In this document: piece by piece, positions 37,791-46,750 of the stretch
How the letters are laid out: every line of letters begins with the position of its first letter
Position numbering within the stretch: the stretch's first letter is position 1
DNA from: a virus
Taxonomy: Duplodnaviria; Caudoviricetes
Length of the DNA: 52,349 nt
Virus record (IMG/VR): IMGVR_UViG_3300025018_000018
Coordinates: 1-52,349 of that record
Direction: 5' to 3' (one strand)
Program-made: the position numbers and the translations under genes
Notes under the pieces: model-generated
Seen by the model: only the letters and a program-made list of their open reading frames with translations
Database searches by the model: none
Told to the model about the DNA's origin: nothing

Positions 37791-39224
37791 TCACCCCATG
37801 AAAAACTGAATGCGGGAAAGGTCGGCTGATACAATGCCATACCATGCCAGTGCGCGGGCTATTACAGTATCATCATGCGCGCCTGCTGCTGCTTGGTATT
37901 TCCATGCGCCTGTTACGCTTTGTACTGTTACAAATGAGTAAATCTCTTGTCTGCCAACCGGATCAGCAAGAAGCCGCAAACCGTTTTCATTCATACCTTG
38001 GTATAAACCTGCAATAAGCGGTGGCTTACTAATAGCTGTTGTTGTGAACGGAACTACACTGGTATTTTCTGATCCATGTTCACTGAGCGCATTCCACACA
38101 TACGATAGATCAACACCGCCGAGCGTGTTTGTTTCAATCACTAGCGATTGGACATTCCATTGCTTGCATCTTTGCGCTACCTCGCGCCAGATGTCATCCC
38201 AGGGGCGTTTGTTAACACGCATTAGGTCGACCTCAATACCATTGTCACGGTCCATAATGGATAGCACCGTAAAATCGTTGGATTGACCAAGGTCAAGTCC
38301 TGCCACATATACCCTGCCATCCTGCGGTGTTGCATCGCCTGGCGCAGTGAACACGTCTGCCAGATGTGGTATTGTTGAGAAGTACCCATCGCCAGATGTC
38401 AGGAAGCAGGTGCGCGGGTCCTCGGGATATTCCTGGATGAATAGCCTTGCGCCAAGCTCTTTGACCTTCTCACGTCGCCACTTGATTTGCTCCGGTGTTA
38501 GACCATATTTTGCAACAACCTGTTCTTCTTCGGATGTATATTCCAACCGTTCATCAGGCAGCAAAGGTGTGCGGTATTCCATGCTCCTAAACCAAGGGAA
38601 AAAGTGTAGAGTAAATGCACTATCTCCATCGAGGGCTTTCATGCATTCTTCGTAAAACCATCCCTGTGCGCCATTTGGCGTAGACTCAACTACCACCCAT
38701 TTAGGCGATCCAGCCTGAAGCGCAGATGCGATTAGCAATTCAGCTTCCTGCACAAATGCGGCTTCAGAGAAGTGGATGTGGGTAAATGTACCCGAACGTC
38801 CTGCATTTTTGTTGCCCGCCGTTTGGATAATCGAAAATGACTGAACAATAGGATATTCAGTCATCACTTCATTATCTGCCTTCTTGGTTGGTCTAAAATC
38901 CGTCGGCAGGTTGTTATAGAAAAACCGAGACATTGCCCGGAAGTATTTTGTGTTTGCATCGTCCTTGGTCAATGTCAGCGACCTAGACGGACGTGTCCAG
39001 CCGATTCTACACAAGTCACCCTGGATGCATGTGCTAAACCCTATTTGGCGCGGCTTCAATATAATGTCGCGGCTGGTGCGGCTTCTCATATATTCGCGCT
39101 GTTCTGGCTTGTATATGAGTGGTAATGTTGTCATCTCTTTGTTCTGGATTTTCAGAAATATACGCGCAAATAACTCAGGATCACGGACAACATCCCTGGG
39201 CGATGGGAGTATAGCATTTGTCAT
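37791..39224 (-). CDS. terL: Terminase large subunit
   Basis: LKPRQIGFST Walker A; HFSEAAF Walker B; VESTPNG; GLDLG and HDDTVIA nuclease motifs. Confidence 0.95.
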   Translation of the reverse strand: MTNAILPSPRDVVRDPELFARIFLKIQNKEMTTLPLIYKPEQREYMRSRTSRDIILKPRQIGFSTCIQGDLCRIGWTRPSRSLTLTKDDANTKYFRAMSRFFYNNLPTDFRPTKKADNEVMTEYPIVQSFSIIQTAGNKNAGRSGTFTHIHFSEAAFVQEAELLIASALQAGSPKWVVVESTPNGAQGWFYEECMKALDGDSAFTLHFFPWFRSMEYRTPLLPDERLEYTSEEEQVVAKYGLTPEQIKWRREKVKELGARLFIQEYPEDPRTCFLTSGDGYFSTIPHLADVFTAPGDATPQDGRVYVAGLDLGQSNDFTVLSIMDRDNGIEVDLMRVNKRPWDDIWREVAQRCKQWNVQSLVIETNTLGGVDLSYVWNALSEHGSENTSVVPFTTTAISKPPLIAGLYQGMNENGLRLLADPVGRQEIYSFVTVQSVTGAWKYQAAAGAHDDTVIARALAWYGIVSADLSRIQFFMG

Positions 39225-39295
39225 TAGGCTGGTCTTTATACGTGGTATTGTCTTATCTTAATTATATCATGCTATGTCAACAGGTCGTTAATAGA

Positions 39296-39595
39296 TCAAA
39301 TGTGCTGTTCAAACACCATCACCTTCTCATCGCCTACCGTATCCAGCATGGATTGATACTTCTCAATCTCATCCGGCGTTAGCTTTCGCTCATCAACTTG
39401 GGCATACATGCGTTGTAGATCACCCCGCCATTCCACCATCACCACCCGGAAGCGTACCTTATGCCAGTCACACTGCACACCTGTCGGTGTATTCATCTTG
39501 GGATACACCACATCATAGACCGTGCCAATGGGCAATTCTGAGGATGAACGCCCATCCGTGTGCAGATAGAACAATCCATACCTATACAGAATCAT
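39296..39595 (-). CDS. Hypothetical protein
   Basis: ATGA-coupled to the upstream ORF. Confidence 0.65.
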   Translation of the reverse strand: MILYRYGLFYLHTDGRSSSELPIGTVYDVVYPKMNTPTGVQCDWHKVRFRVVMVEWRGDLQRMYAQVDERKLTPDEIEKYQSMLDTVGDEKVMVFEQHI

Positions 39596-40023
39596 CGCGC
39601 GGATGCTGTAGTATATACAGGTGATAAACTCTGCGTATAGGTATACGCTACGCGACTTGGTGTAGGTTTAGGCTGGATCAATCGCAAATCAGCCTCATCG
39701 AACGCTTTGGGATCGTCTGCAATCTCCGAACAAATACCTTCCACCACCAGATCAATTTCCTCAAGAATCGACATCACACGATACATAGATAGGCTATAGT
39801 TGGCTGAGATTGCAGCGGCACGTTGGCGAAGTGGAACGCCCCGTCGTTTCAAGTCCTCATTAGCACGATCAATACGACGTTCTAGCGGCGATAATGCCGC
39901 GCGAAACGTGTTTGACATCCGCGCACGATGATTCCAGTGGCGCAGTCCCCCGCGCCACTCGGCAGGCTTATAAAACAGGTTCTTATCGTATGGCTCGTAG
40001 CTTTCTGCCTCTGGTGTCATCAT
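39592..40023 (-). CDS. Hypothetical protein, possibly DNA-binding
   Basis: Own promoter with LexA-type box; RQRAAAISANYSLSMYRVMSIL resembles an HTH. Confidence 0.65.
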   Translation of the reverse strand: MMTPEAESYEPYDKNLFYKPAEWRGGLRHWNHRARMSNTFRAALSPLERRIDRANEDLKRRGVPLRQRAAAISANYSLSMYRVMSILEEIDLVVEGICSEIADDPKAFDEADLRLIQPKPTPSRVAYTYTQSLSPVYTTASAR

Positions 40024-40038
40024 GTGTAATTTATCCTA

Positions 40039-40060
40039 AAACATTTGTTCTATTATACCA
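40039..40060 (-). promoter_or_regulatory. Extended -10 promoter plus LexA-type box
   Basis: Minus strand reads TGGTATAAT-AGAAC-AAAT-GTTT. Confidence 0.7.
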
Positions 40061-40062
40061 CA

Positions 40063-40096
40063 CAAACAAAACGGACAGGCTGTACACACCTGTCCG
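40063..40096 (-). terminator. Terminator downstream of the tRNA-like gene
   Basis: CGGACAGG/CCTGTCCG stem followed on - by TTTTGTTTG. Confidence 0.7.
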
Positions 40097-40138
40097 CTTC
40101 GCACTGCTATTTTTTTGACTCACATATCCAAAAAAGTG

Positions 40139-40212
40139 CCCCCAGGGCAGGAGTCGAACCTGCTACCTCAGCGTTGATTTAACGCTGCGCTCTACCGTTG
40201 AGCTACCCGTGG
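40139..40212 (-). tRNA. tRNA-like gene with non-canonical 9-nt anticodon loop (isotype undetermined)
   Basis: CCACGGG-TA-GCTC-AACGGTA-GAGC-G-CAGCG-TTAAATCAA-CGCTG-AGGTA-GCAGG-TTCGACT-CCTGC-CCTGGGG-G; no encoded CCA. Confidence 0.8.
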
Positions 40213-40303
40213 TTGTGTCCGCTGGTTTTTGAATACGCCACAAGATGGATTACGAACGAAAGAACGATCCAGCGGACAGTGACTATACTCTAACACAGAG
40301 AAT

Positions 40304-40317
40304 AGCACGTATGTTCT
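40304..40317. promoter_or_regulatory. LexA-type box upstream of the tRNA-like transcript
   Basis: AGCAC-GTAT-GTTCT (1 mismatch); TATAGT -10 on - at 40287-40282. Confidence 0.55.
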
Positions 40318-40323
40318 ATATTG

Positions 40324-40887
40324 TCAAATATCATCCTCATCCATCATTGCAGGTAAGATGATACTCTCCCATGCAATCTTCTCTCCACCACTGGTTACAT
40401 CCGTCCGGTCCGTCGGCTCACCAAACGTCAACCGCGCTTCCTTCATGATGACACCAAAGCCCAGCATAAACTCCTTGAAGCCCTTCAGGTCGATCTTATC
40501 GGGTTCATGTTTAGCCTGCTCACCCATTGTATTGATAATGCGCCCTGCGATGCCTTGAAGGGCTTGCAGGCTCGTCCACATAATCTCTCGTGCCTTTGCC
40601 ACCTCATTCGCACGTCGGGCATCTGCTTCCTTTACCCTTAACTGACGCTCGTGTTCATCCCAGGCGTGCGCCCGTGTTTCCCATTGGTAATCAATGATAC
40701 GCTGAGTCCATGACCCAGGCGTGGATTTTGGCTGCTTAAACTCATGCCCCTGTTGCGCTGCCCTATCCCGCTTCTCTTGGGTATACACGCCCAGGAAGGA
40801 ACGATTAATCCCCATCAGGCGATAGCGTTCAAACCGATCCCACCATTTGTTATCTTCCTCTGGAAGACGTTCCCATAACTCAGCCAT
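40324..40887 (-). CDS. terS: Terminase small subunit
   Basis: WERLPEE...RFERYRLMG...WETRAHAWD family pattern; DVTSGGEKI C-terminal motif. Confidence 0.75.
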   Translation of the reverse strand: MAELWERLPEEDNKWWDRFERYRLMGINRSFLGVYTQEKRDRAAQQGHEFKQPKSTPGSWTQRIIDYQWETRAHAWDEHERQLRVKEADARRANEVAKAREIMWTSLQALQGIAGRIINTMGEQAKHEPDKIDLKGFKEFMLGFGVIMKEARLTFGEPTDRTDVTSGGEKIAWESIILPAMMDEDDI

Positions 40888-40958
40888 TGTCCACCCTCTT
40901 GACATCTAACCCCTCATCCACCATGCGCTGAAGGATGAAAAATCTAATTCGTTTTATA

Positions 40959-40981
40959 TAACATTTGTTCTAATTATACAG
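40959..40981 (-). promoter_or_regulatory. -10 element plus LexA-type box upstream of terS
   Basis: Minus strand reads TATAAT-T-AGAAC-AAAT-GTTA. Confidence 0.65.
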
Positions 40982-41061
40982 TAAAATGATAACAAAGTTC
41001 TCACGCATGAGTCGTATTCGCGCCAACACGCGCCAATTTCCGCTAAACCAGAGGAAATATA

Positions 41062-42042
41062 ATGACCATAACCATTTACACCGCACAAATGGGCATCAGT
41101 GATCCTGATGCCATAGACATAACCGTGAAAGGCGATAAAGTTGGCGCATGTCTCGCCCCCACCTGGGAGCTAGTCGGCGGGCATAAGGCAGCCGCCGGAC
41201 ATGAGAAGTTCGTTGGGAAGTATCCACCACTGACGGACGAAGAATACACCGAAGCATATAAAGAGTTGCTTAGGGAACGCTATCGCAAAGATAAACAGCC
41301 TTTCCTTGATCTTCTGTCACGTGAACGGCTGGTCTTAAAATGCTACTGCAATTCCAATCCAGACACGTTTTGCCATCGCCATATTGCAAAAGATGTTTTG
41401 AGGCGAATTGCCCACTTTCACGGCATCCAGACGCGCAACGGCGGGGAGTTGCTCAATTACGATTACAGCAAGCGGGATGAAGCGATCATCCAAGCCTGGG
41501 CAATCGCACAGAAACCGCCTGCAACCGTTTGCTATCTGGATACAGAGACAACCGGAGCCGATCCAGAATCAGATGAACCCGTGACCATCGGAATTATCGA
41601 CGGAAATGGCGACGTGCTAATGAACGTTCGTATCAAACCATCTGTACCGATCCATCCCGACGCGCAGGCGGTACACGGTATATCAAATGAGATGGTTGCC
41701 CACTGCCGCACGTTTAGAGACATTGCAGATGAATTAAACGCCATTGTCGCTAAACGCCTAGTGGTAGTCTATAACGCAAAATTCGACATGAATCTGCTCA
41801 TCAATACCGCACTTCGCCAAAACGTATTTTTAACCATCCCCACGTTTACATGCGCTCAGGACATATTCTCAAAATATAATGGGCATTATAGCGACTACCA
41901 TCAAACATTTATCCCAAGAAAATTGACCGAAGCGGCAAAACAGCTTGGGATAAAAGCCCAAAATGCCCACGACGCGGTGGGTGATATTCAAATGACACGC
42001 CTACTAATCCACGCCCTCGCCTCTCAATTCCAACCAGCATAA
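41062..42042 (+). CDS. DUF488-like domain fused to DEDDh (DnaQ-like) 3'-5' exonuclease
   Basis: N-terminus LAPTWELV...YTEAY...LVLKCYC...FCHRHI; C-terminus YLDTETTG, VHGI, YNAKFD, AHDAVGD. Confidence 0.85.
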   Translation: MTITIYTAQMGISDPDAIDITVKGDKVGACLAPTWELVGGHKAAAGHEKFVGKYPPLTDEEYTEAYKELLRERYRKDKQPFLDLLSRERLVLKCYCNSNPDTFCHRHIAKDVLRRIAHFHGIQTRNGGELLNYDYSKRDEAIIQAWAIAQKPPATVCYLDTETTGADPESDEPVTIGIIDGNGDVLMNVRIKPSVPIHPDAQAVHGISNEMVAHCRTFRDIADELNAIVAKRLVVVYNAKFDMNLLINTALRQNVFLTIPTFTCAQDIFSKYNGHYSDYHQTFIPRKLTEAAKQLGIKAQNAHDAVGDIQMTRLLIHALASQFQPA

Positions 42043-42070
42043 GCCCTGAAAAAATCAGGGCTTTTTATTT
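42041..42070 (+). terminator. Rho-independent terminator
   Basis: AAGCCCTGA-AAAAA-TCAGGGCTT then TTTATTT. Confidence 0.85.
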
Positions 42071-42081
42071 ACCTCTTTGGT

Positions 42082-42124
42082 TTGCATATATTCACCTAAT
42101 CGTATACAATTAAACGTATACGTT
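42082..42124 (+). promoter_or_regulatory. Promoter with two GTATAC operators
   Basis: TTGCAT-17 bp-TACAAT; AATCGTATAC and palindromic AACGTATACGTT. Confidence 0.75.
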
Positions 42125-42147
42125 AAACATACTTAAGGGTTAGGCTC

Positions 42148-42564
42148 ATGCAAATCAGATGGGACAACGAAACAACACAATATAGCGATGGTGGCATGTT
42201 TGTTACCATCCGCACCGGGGTTTCACAGCGTATGTGGAACCAATTCACAGCACTGCAAATCCAGGGGCATAACACGGAAGCCTTCGATCTATGGCAGGAA
42301 ATCAAGCAGGCGTTGGAGCGCGTCGGATCAGGCGCACGCAATCTATATCCATCCATTCCAGAAATGCATGTATTTAGCAAATGGACATCAATAGGGAAAT
42401 TTTTTGAGTGCGTCATTATCATGGGCATCGTGCCCACCGGCGCACGACGCGGTAAGCAATTGATGGCTGATTACAAGGTGGTGATCGTCGATCCTGCGGA
42501 AGTGGACGACGTGCTAACTCGCGTGTTTAATTTCGATAAGATGATAGAGAAGGCGGTACGCTGA
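42148..42564 (+). CDS. Hypothetical protein
   Basis: First ORF after the promoter. Confidence 0.7.
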   Translation: MQIRWDNETTQYSDGGMFVTIRTGVSQRMWNQFTALQIQGHNTEAFDLWQEIKQALERVGSGARNLYPSIPEMHVFSKWTSIGKFFECVIIMGIVPTGARRGKQLMADYKVVIVDPAEVDDVLTRVFNFDKMIEKAVR

Positions 42565-42917
42565 TGAAAATCCAATGGATACCTGTACCAGAAAAACCGC
42601 AGCACATCATCATGAAGCAGATGGATACCGACCCGGATACCATCCGCGCCAAACGACTGATCGTTTTAGACATCCGCAAGCGTCAATTATCCGGCGTGCA
42701 ATTATCCGACTTGGAAGACACGATCCATAAAATTGAGCGCGTAGCCCGCAGCTATTGGATCAACACAAATTTTGATTGCCTGTGGGAAGACTACGGCGAG
42801 GATGAAATTTTTCAGATACTCTATCAACGGTTCGATGAATCCGCGTTCTGGGCAGCGGTATGGATACATTTGATATGGTGTACCATCCCACACCGCAAGA
42901 TGGAGGACCCGCTGTGA
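42564..42917 (+). CDS. Hypothetical protein
   Basis: TGATG coupling. Confidence 0.7.
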   Translation: MKIQWIPVPEKPQHIIMKQMDTDPDTIRAKRLIVLDIRKRQLSGVQLSDLEDTIHKIERVARSYWINTNFDCLWEDYGEDEIFQILYQRFDESAFWAAVWIHLIWCTIPHRKMEDPL

Positions 42918-43228
42918 GAGTAGCACAGCTTCAAAAACCCGAAGATTTGACATGCCTTATCATCTCCATAGATGGTGGCTATGACTGGATACTGGCGACC
43001 AAGGAAGTAATCTACGATGCGCCTAGTTATGTGCGGTGGGTCATTATTCAAATGATCTCAATTGCCAATAACGGGGTATTTTCTGACTTTGAAATTTATC
43101 AGGCATTGGTTGAAAATGGAGAAGTCAATGCAGCTATTGCATATGTTCAAAGGCATGGACGTAAAGTGGAGCGTGTGTTTGAGGACATCTACAACTCAAT
43201 CGTAGCGATCAATCAAGCTTATTCGTAA
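42914..43228 (+). CDS. Hypothetical protein
   Basis: GTGA overlap; RBS GGAGG. Confidence 0.65.
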   Translation: MRVAQLQKPEDLTCLIISIDGGYDWILATKEVIYDAPSYVRWVIIQMISIANNGVFSDFEIYQALVENGEVNAAIAYVQRHGRKVERVFEDIYNSIVAINQAYS

Positions 43229-43265
43229 AAATAAACCCCTCGAATGTGAGGGGTATACTTTTTTA
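43229..43265. terminator. Hairpin terminator between convergent operons
   Basis: ACCCCTC-GAATGT-GAGGGGT with A- and T-rich flanks. Confidence 0.65.
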
Positions 43266-43266
43266 T

Positions 43267-44001
43267 CTACAACTCATCCCGCAACTTACGCAATTCCTCG
43301 ATCTGATCGTCAATCAACTGCCGCACCTGCGCTTTCTCATGCGCCTGCAATTGCTTACTTTTCCGTGTGAAATTGCGATATTTCAGCCGACTTTTAATCA
43401 AAAACATCTCAAACTTGCCCGCTTCCCCCGGTAGGGCAGGGGGCTTTCCATGTTTTAGGTAATATTGAAACTTATCGACGCTGGTAAGATTTAGATCAAT
43501 GGCAGCTTGGATCAATTTTCGCTGATCATCCTCAGAATATGGAGCTAGCAACTTATGGTGAGAGAAAGTCAATTTATCGGTGCGCACCGATAAATTGACT
43601 TGTCGTGCTACATATGCCATATCATTAATTGTGGTCACGCTGTATCCGGTTAAGTCCGCCAGCTCATCGTATTTCTTGCCCCAAAAATCTGCACCATAAA
43701 GGGCAAGGTCTGCAATGATCCACTGAATAGCGCGGTTGACTTGCTCCGTGTGGCGGAACATCGTCAGCCACTCGTCCTCATCAAGCCCTTCCAGTACTTG
43801 CACAATGCCAACGTCGCTCAAGACAAAATGTCCGATGTGTGTATGCCCGTTTTCATCTGTACGGAATGGAGCAATACCATTTTTGCGCGTGGGCAGCTTC
43901 AACCCAAACGCTTGGGTAATATCCGGCACGATGGCAGATGATCTATTATCCCCATTCTCCAACGCATCCATAAATTTACTGCGGCTGTCGTCTTTTGCCA
44001 T
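43267..44001 (-). CDS. LmbU-family-like HTH DNA-binding protein (candidate ParA partner)
   Basis: QWIIADLALYG...YDELADLTGYSVTTINDMAYVARQV...KLTFSHHKLLA matches the LmbU pattern; TAATG-coupled to parA. Confidence 0.7.
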   Translation of the reverse strand: MAKDDSRSKFMDALENGDNRSSAIVPDITQAFGLKLPTRKNGIAPFRTDENGHTHIGHFVLSDVGIVQVLEGLDEDEWLTMFRHTEQVNRAIQWIIADLALYGADFWGKKYDELADLTGYSVTTINDMAYVARQVNLSVRTDKLTFSHHKLLAPYSEDDQRKLIQAAIDLNLTSVDKFQYYLKHGKPPALPGEAGKFEMFLIKSRLKYRNFTRKSKQLQAHEKAQVRQLIDDQIEELRKLRDEL

Positions 44002-44816
44002 TAGGCTACCTCACCCGCTTGAATTTTTTCCAGGATGTTATCAACGATTGGTTGTAGCTCGGCTACTGCCACCTTCGCTTGACGACGCTCAGAATAATCT
44101 TTCGTGTTGGCACGCTTATAGATGCTACGCTGTAATTGTGATGCCTGCACCCATGCGGTTAATGAACGCATAGGATTGAATACATTTAAGTGATCATACT
44201 TACCACACAGCCACCCATAATTGACCTGTTGCACCTTCTGGCTTGCGTCAAACTGATTTGGCACGATGCCTAGAATTTTGGCTGTTGATAGCCCTTGAGA
44301 TTCTGCCTGTTTACCAATCTGCTGCAAGTACCCCATTGTTGTTCCCAAACTTCGCACGCTGTCCGGCTGTGTTAGCGTTGGTAGCAAAATATAATCAGAT
44401 GCAAAATACAATCCAGCATGGATGTTCGTCAGTCCTGGCGATGTGTCCACCAGAATAACATCAAATGCTGGACGCAGATTATCCAAATGTTCCATCAAAA
44501 GAGAAGGCGTGTCAGTATGTGATTCAACTTGAATTTGACCATCACTGGATGGCAATAACGCCATCACCGCATTTTTGTCACCTGTGAACTCATGATCCAC
44601 TGGCAGCAATACGTCCTGATAATCCGCGCCATGCAGCATCATTGCCAGTAGTCCATCTGTGCGCGGATGACGTAAACCAGTAGTAGCATTACCCTGCCCA
44701 TCTGCGTCGATGACCAACACTCTAGCACCTGCACGTGCCAGCCCTGCTCCCAAATTAATTGTAATCGTTGTTTTACCAACGCCACCTTTACGCCCCATCA
44801 CTGAAATAACTTTCAT
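44001..44816 (-). CDS. parA: ParA/Soj family partition ATPase
   Basis: KGGVGKTT deviant Walker A; VLVIDADGQGNAT; DVILVDTSP; ILGIVPN. Confidence 0.95.
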   Translation of the reverse strand: MKVISVMGRKGGVGKTTITINLGAGLARAGARVLVIDADGQGNATTGLRHPRTDGLLAMMLHGADYQDVLLPVDHEFTGDKNAVMALLPSSDGQIQVESHTDTPSLLMEHLDNLRPAFDVILVDTSPGLTNIHAGLYFASDYILLPTLTQPDSVRSLGTTMGYLQQIGKQAESQGLSTAKILGIVPNQFDASQKVQQVNYGWLCGKYDHLNVFNPMRSLTAWVQASQLQRSIYKRANTKDYSERRQAKVAVAELQPIVDNILEKIQAGEVA

Positions 44817-44880
44817 GAGTCTTGTCTCCCTTTGTTTTGGTATATAATATGATCGAAACAGGCTGGTCTCCCTGCCTGGC

Positions 44881-44914
44881 AAAACCCGCCCTCGGATCAG
44901 GGCGTTTTTTGTTT
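44881..44914. terminator. Hairpin terminator separating par genes from the upstream operon
   Basis: CGCCCT-CGGATC-AGGGCG flanked by A- and T-runs. Confidence 0.6.
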
Positions 44915-45311
44915 ATTTTAGCGTAATCTGTGGAACACGCTCACCATCCCACATGAGATTGCTCACCGTCGCGCTGATAGGATGTGTCCCGCCGACCTGC
45001 CACACAGTAGCCTGGGCAAACTTATCATGCATTACTGTTGCGTCTAGTTCTGCCTCTTGGCGTGATTCAAATACCTCACCATGCTCCGGCATCGCTATAT
45101 TAGGTGGCTGCTGTCCGCGCAAAACGATTACAACATATTGCTCCACGCCGGAAATCTCCACCGGCATTGAACCATCCGTGTAATCCTCAACCTCAACAAT
45201 CTGCGTCTTGATGCCGCGCAGCATATATTCCCGCATAGCATCCACCGTTTGCTCAGGAGCGTAACGCTGCACCCGCAGCTTGCCATTTACTTCCACCATG
45301 AGCAATTTCAT
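44913..45311 (-). CDS. Hypothetical protein
   Basis: ATGA-coupled ORF. Confidence 0.7.
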   Translation of the reverse strand: MKLLMVEVNGKLRVQRYAPEQTVDAMREYMLRGIKTQIVEVEDYTDGSMPVEISGVEQYVVIVLRGQQPPNIAMPEHGEVFESRQEAELDATVMHDKFAQATVWQVGGTHPISATVSNLMWDGERVPQITLK

Positions 45312-45505
45312 TTCTGCACCGTGAGGTCGTCCGGCTGCTCACCAGGTTTGAAAATTTCAGGAGTAAGTGTATAAAGCCCCTGAACATTGGGATGATTGGA
45401 ATTTCTTACCATCCAATTCACAGCATCATTATGTTCTGCAAATATAAGTATACGCGGTAACTGGTCTTGATCCTTCATCTTCACATATAAAACCGCTGTT
45501 ATCAT
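45308..45505 (-). CDS. Hypothetical protein
   Basis: ATGA-coupled ORF. Confidence 0.65.
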   Translation of the reverse strand: MITAVLYVKMKDQDQLPRILIFAEHNDAVNWMVRNSNHPNVQGLYTLTPEIFKPGEQPDDLTVQK

Positions 45506-46439
45506 TCTTGCACCTTCTCAACTTTTGCTTGGATCGCCTCCGCAATCTCCATCAGATAATCCTCTGTAAACAACCGACTCAGCACCGTGACGCATAGTGC
45601 AGCGTCATTCGTGTACAGCGTCAGGTTGACCGGATCCACGCGCTTGGATGCGCGCTTCGTCTCTGCCGCTGCCTGCTGATGCTCACGGTATTTTTCGTCC
45701 AAGTAATCCCGCAGGTCTGACCGCTTCATGTCAGATACTTTAATTGCCTGACCTTCCGCAAATTGAAGATAGCCACTTGCTACGATTTCACTATAGCTTT
45801 CCCTCTCGCGGATTCTATTCATCTCGCGGATGACCACAGGATCAACAATACCCAGGCGCAGCATGTCGCCGCGTACCTTTGGTCTACAATCATGCAACGC
45901 ATCCACCAGCGCGAGTGCCTTTGTCGGCGTGAGCTTACCCGTATCCATCCAAACAATGACAGGTGCAAATCCAGCTTCAACCACCTGCCGCTTCACGCGC
46001 TCCTCTGCGCTCACCTCCGGCTCTGGATCAGGCGTGCGTTCAGTAACAGCCTTAACTTGCTTCTGCGTCGGACTACTGCCATATACAGAGGTCACCTCAC
46101 CCCATTGACGCACAGCCACCTCCACATCAGCCGCCAATGGGCGAACCTGGCTTTCATGCGTCGGCTCTGGCAGCGGATCAGACGCGACCTGGTTGTACGC
46201 CTGAATTGCCTTGACCTTGTCCTTTGCTGCAATAACTGCTCGGCGCGTTTCGTCGTCCAGTCCCACCGCTGCGCGACGTAGTTTTCCCATGTTCCGTATT
46301 CACGGTAGAGGTGATTATTTCTAATCATCTCCAATGCCTCACCGACATCGACCAAGCCACGCTGAATTTTGATTTCGTTTAGCTCCAGCGAACGTTGCTC
46401 AATATCGGATAGGGGGGTGATAATTTGATGGATCGCCAT
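45502..46439 (-). pseudogene. DNA-binding phage protein split by a 1-nt frameshift near 46233
   Basis: VGEALEMIRNNHLYREYGTWENYVAQRWDWTTKRAEQL continues naturally as IAAKDKV...PTHESQVRPL in the -1 frame. Confidence 0.7.
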
Positions 46440-46450
46440 TGTTATCCTGC

Positions 46451-46693
46451 TTATTCTGCGTTGACGTATTTGTCAAAAGCTTGCTGACATAATTCACTCA
46501 CAACAATCATATCTGCGCGTTGCTCTGCCACCATCGCTCGGAATTCTTGGACATTTGTAGTAAGGTGACCAGCATGAGCGCGGTTAGCATCGTGATGGGG
46601 TTTCTCCGTCATGCCTACAAAAACGCTAAACGTAACGTGCGATGGTGACACACTTATAACATTGAATGCTACCGATAGCTTCATCATAAACAA
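46451..46693 (-). CDS. Hypothetical protein
   Basis: ORF in operon, purine-rich RBS upstream. Confidence 0.6.
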   Translation of the reverse strand: MFMMKLSVAFNVISVSPSHVTFSVFVGMTEKPHHDANRAHAGHLTTNVQEFRAMVAEQRADMIVVSELCQQAFDKYVNAE

Positions 46694-46708
46694 CCACCCA
46701 TCCCTTCT

Positions 46709-46722
46709 GGAACAATTGTTCC
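46709..46722. promoter_or_regulatory. Perfect LexA-type box
   Basis: GGAAC-AATT-GTTCC in the gap upstream of 46693(-). Confidence 0.55.
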
Positions 46723-46750
46723 GTCCAACTCGTGCAAATTTTGCACAGGT

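Noticed and set aside
40139-40212. tRNA as a stop-codon suppressor or attP site
   Set aside because: Genes read normally in code 11 with TAA, TAG and TGA all used as stops; no integrase nearby
44824-44873. GTCTCCCT direct repeat as parS
   Set aside because: Only two 8-bp copies, and one is the parA ribosome-binding site
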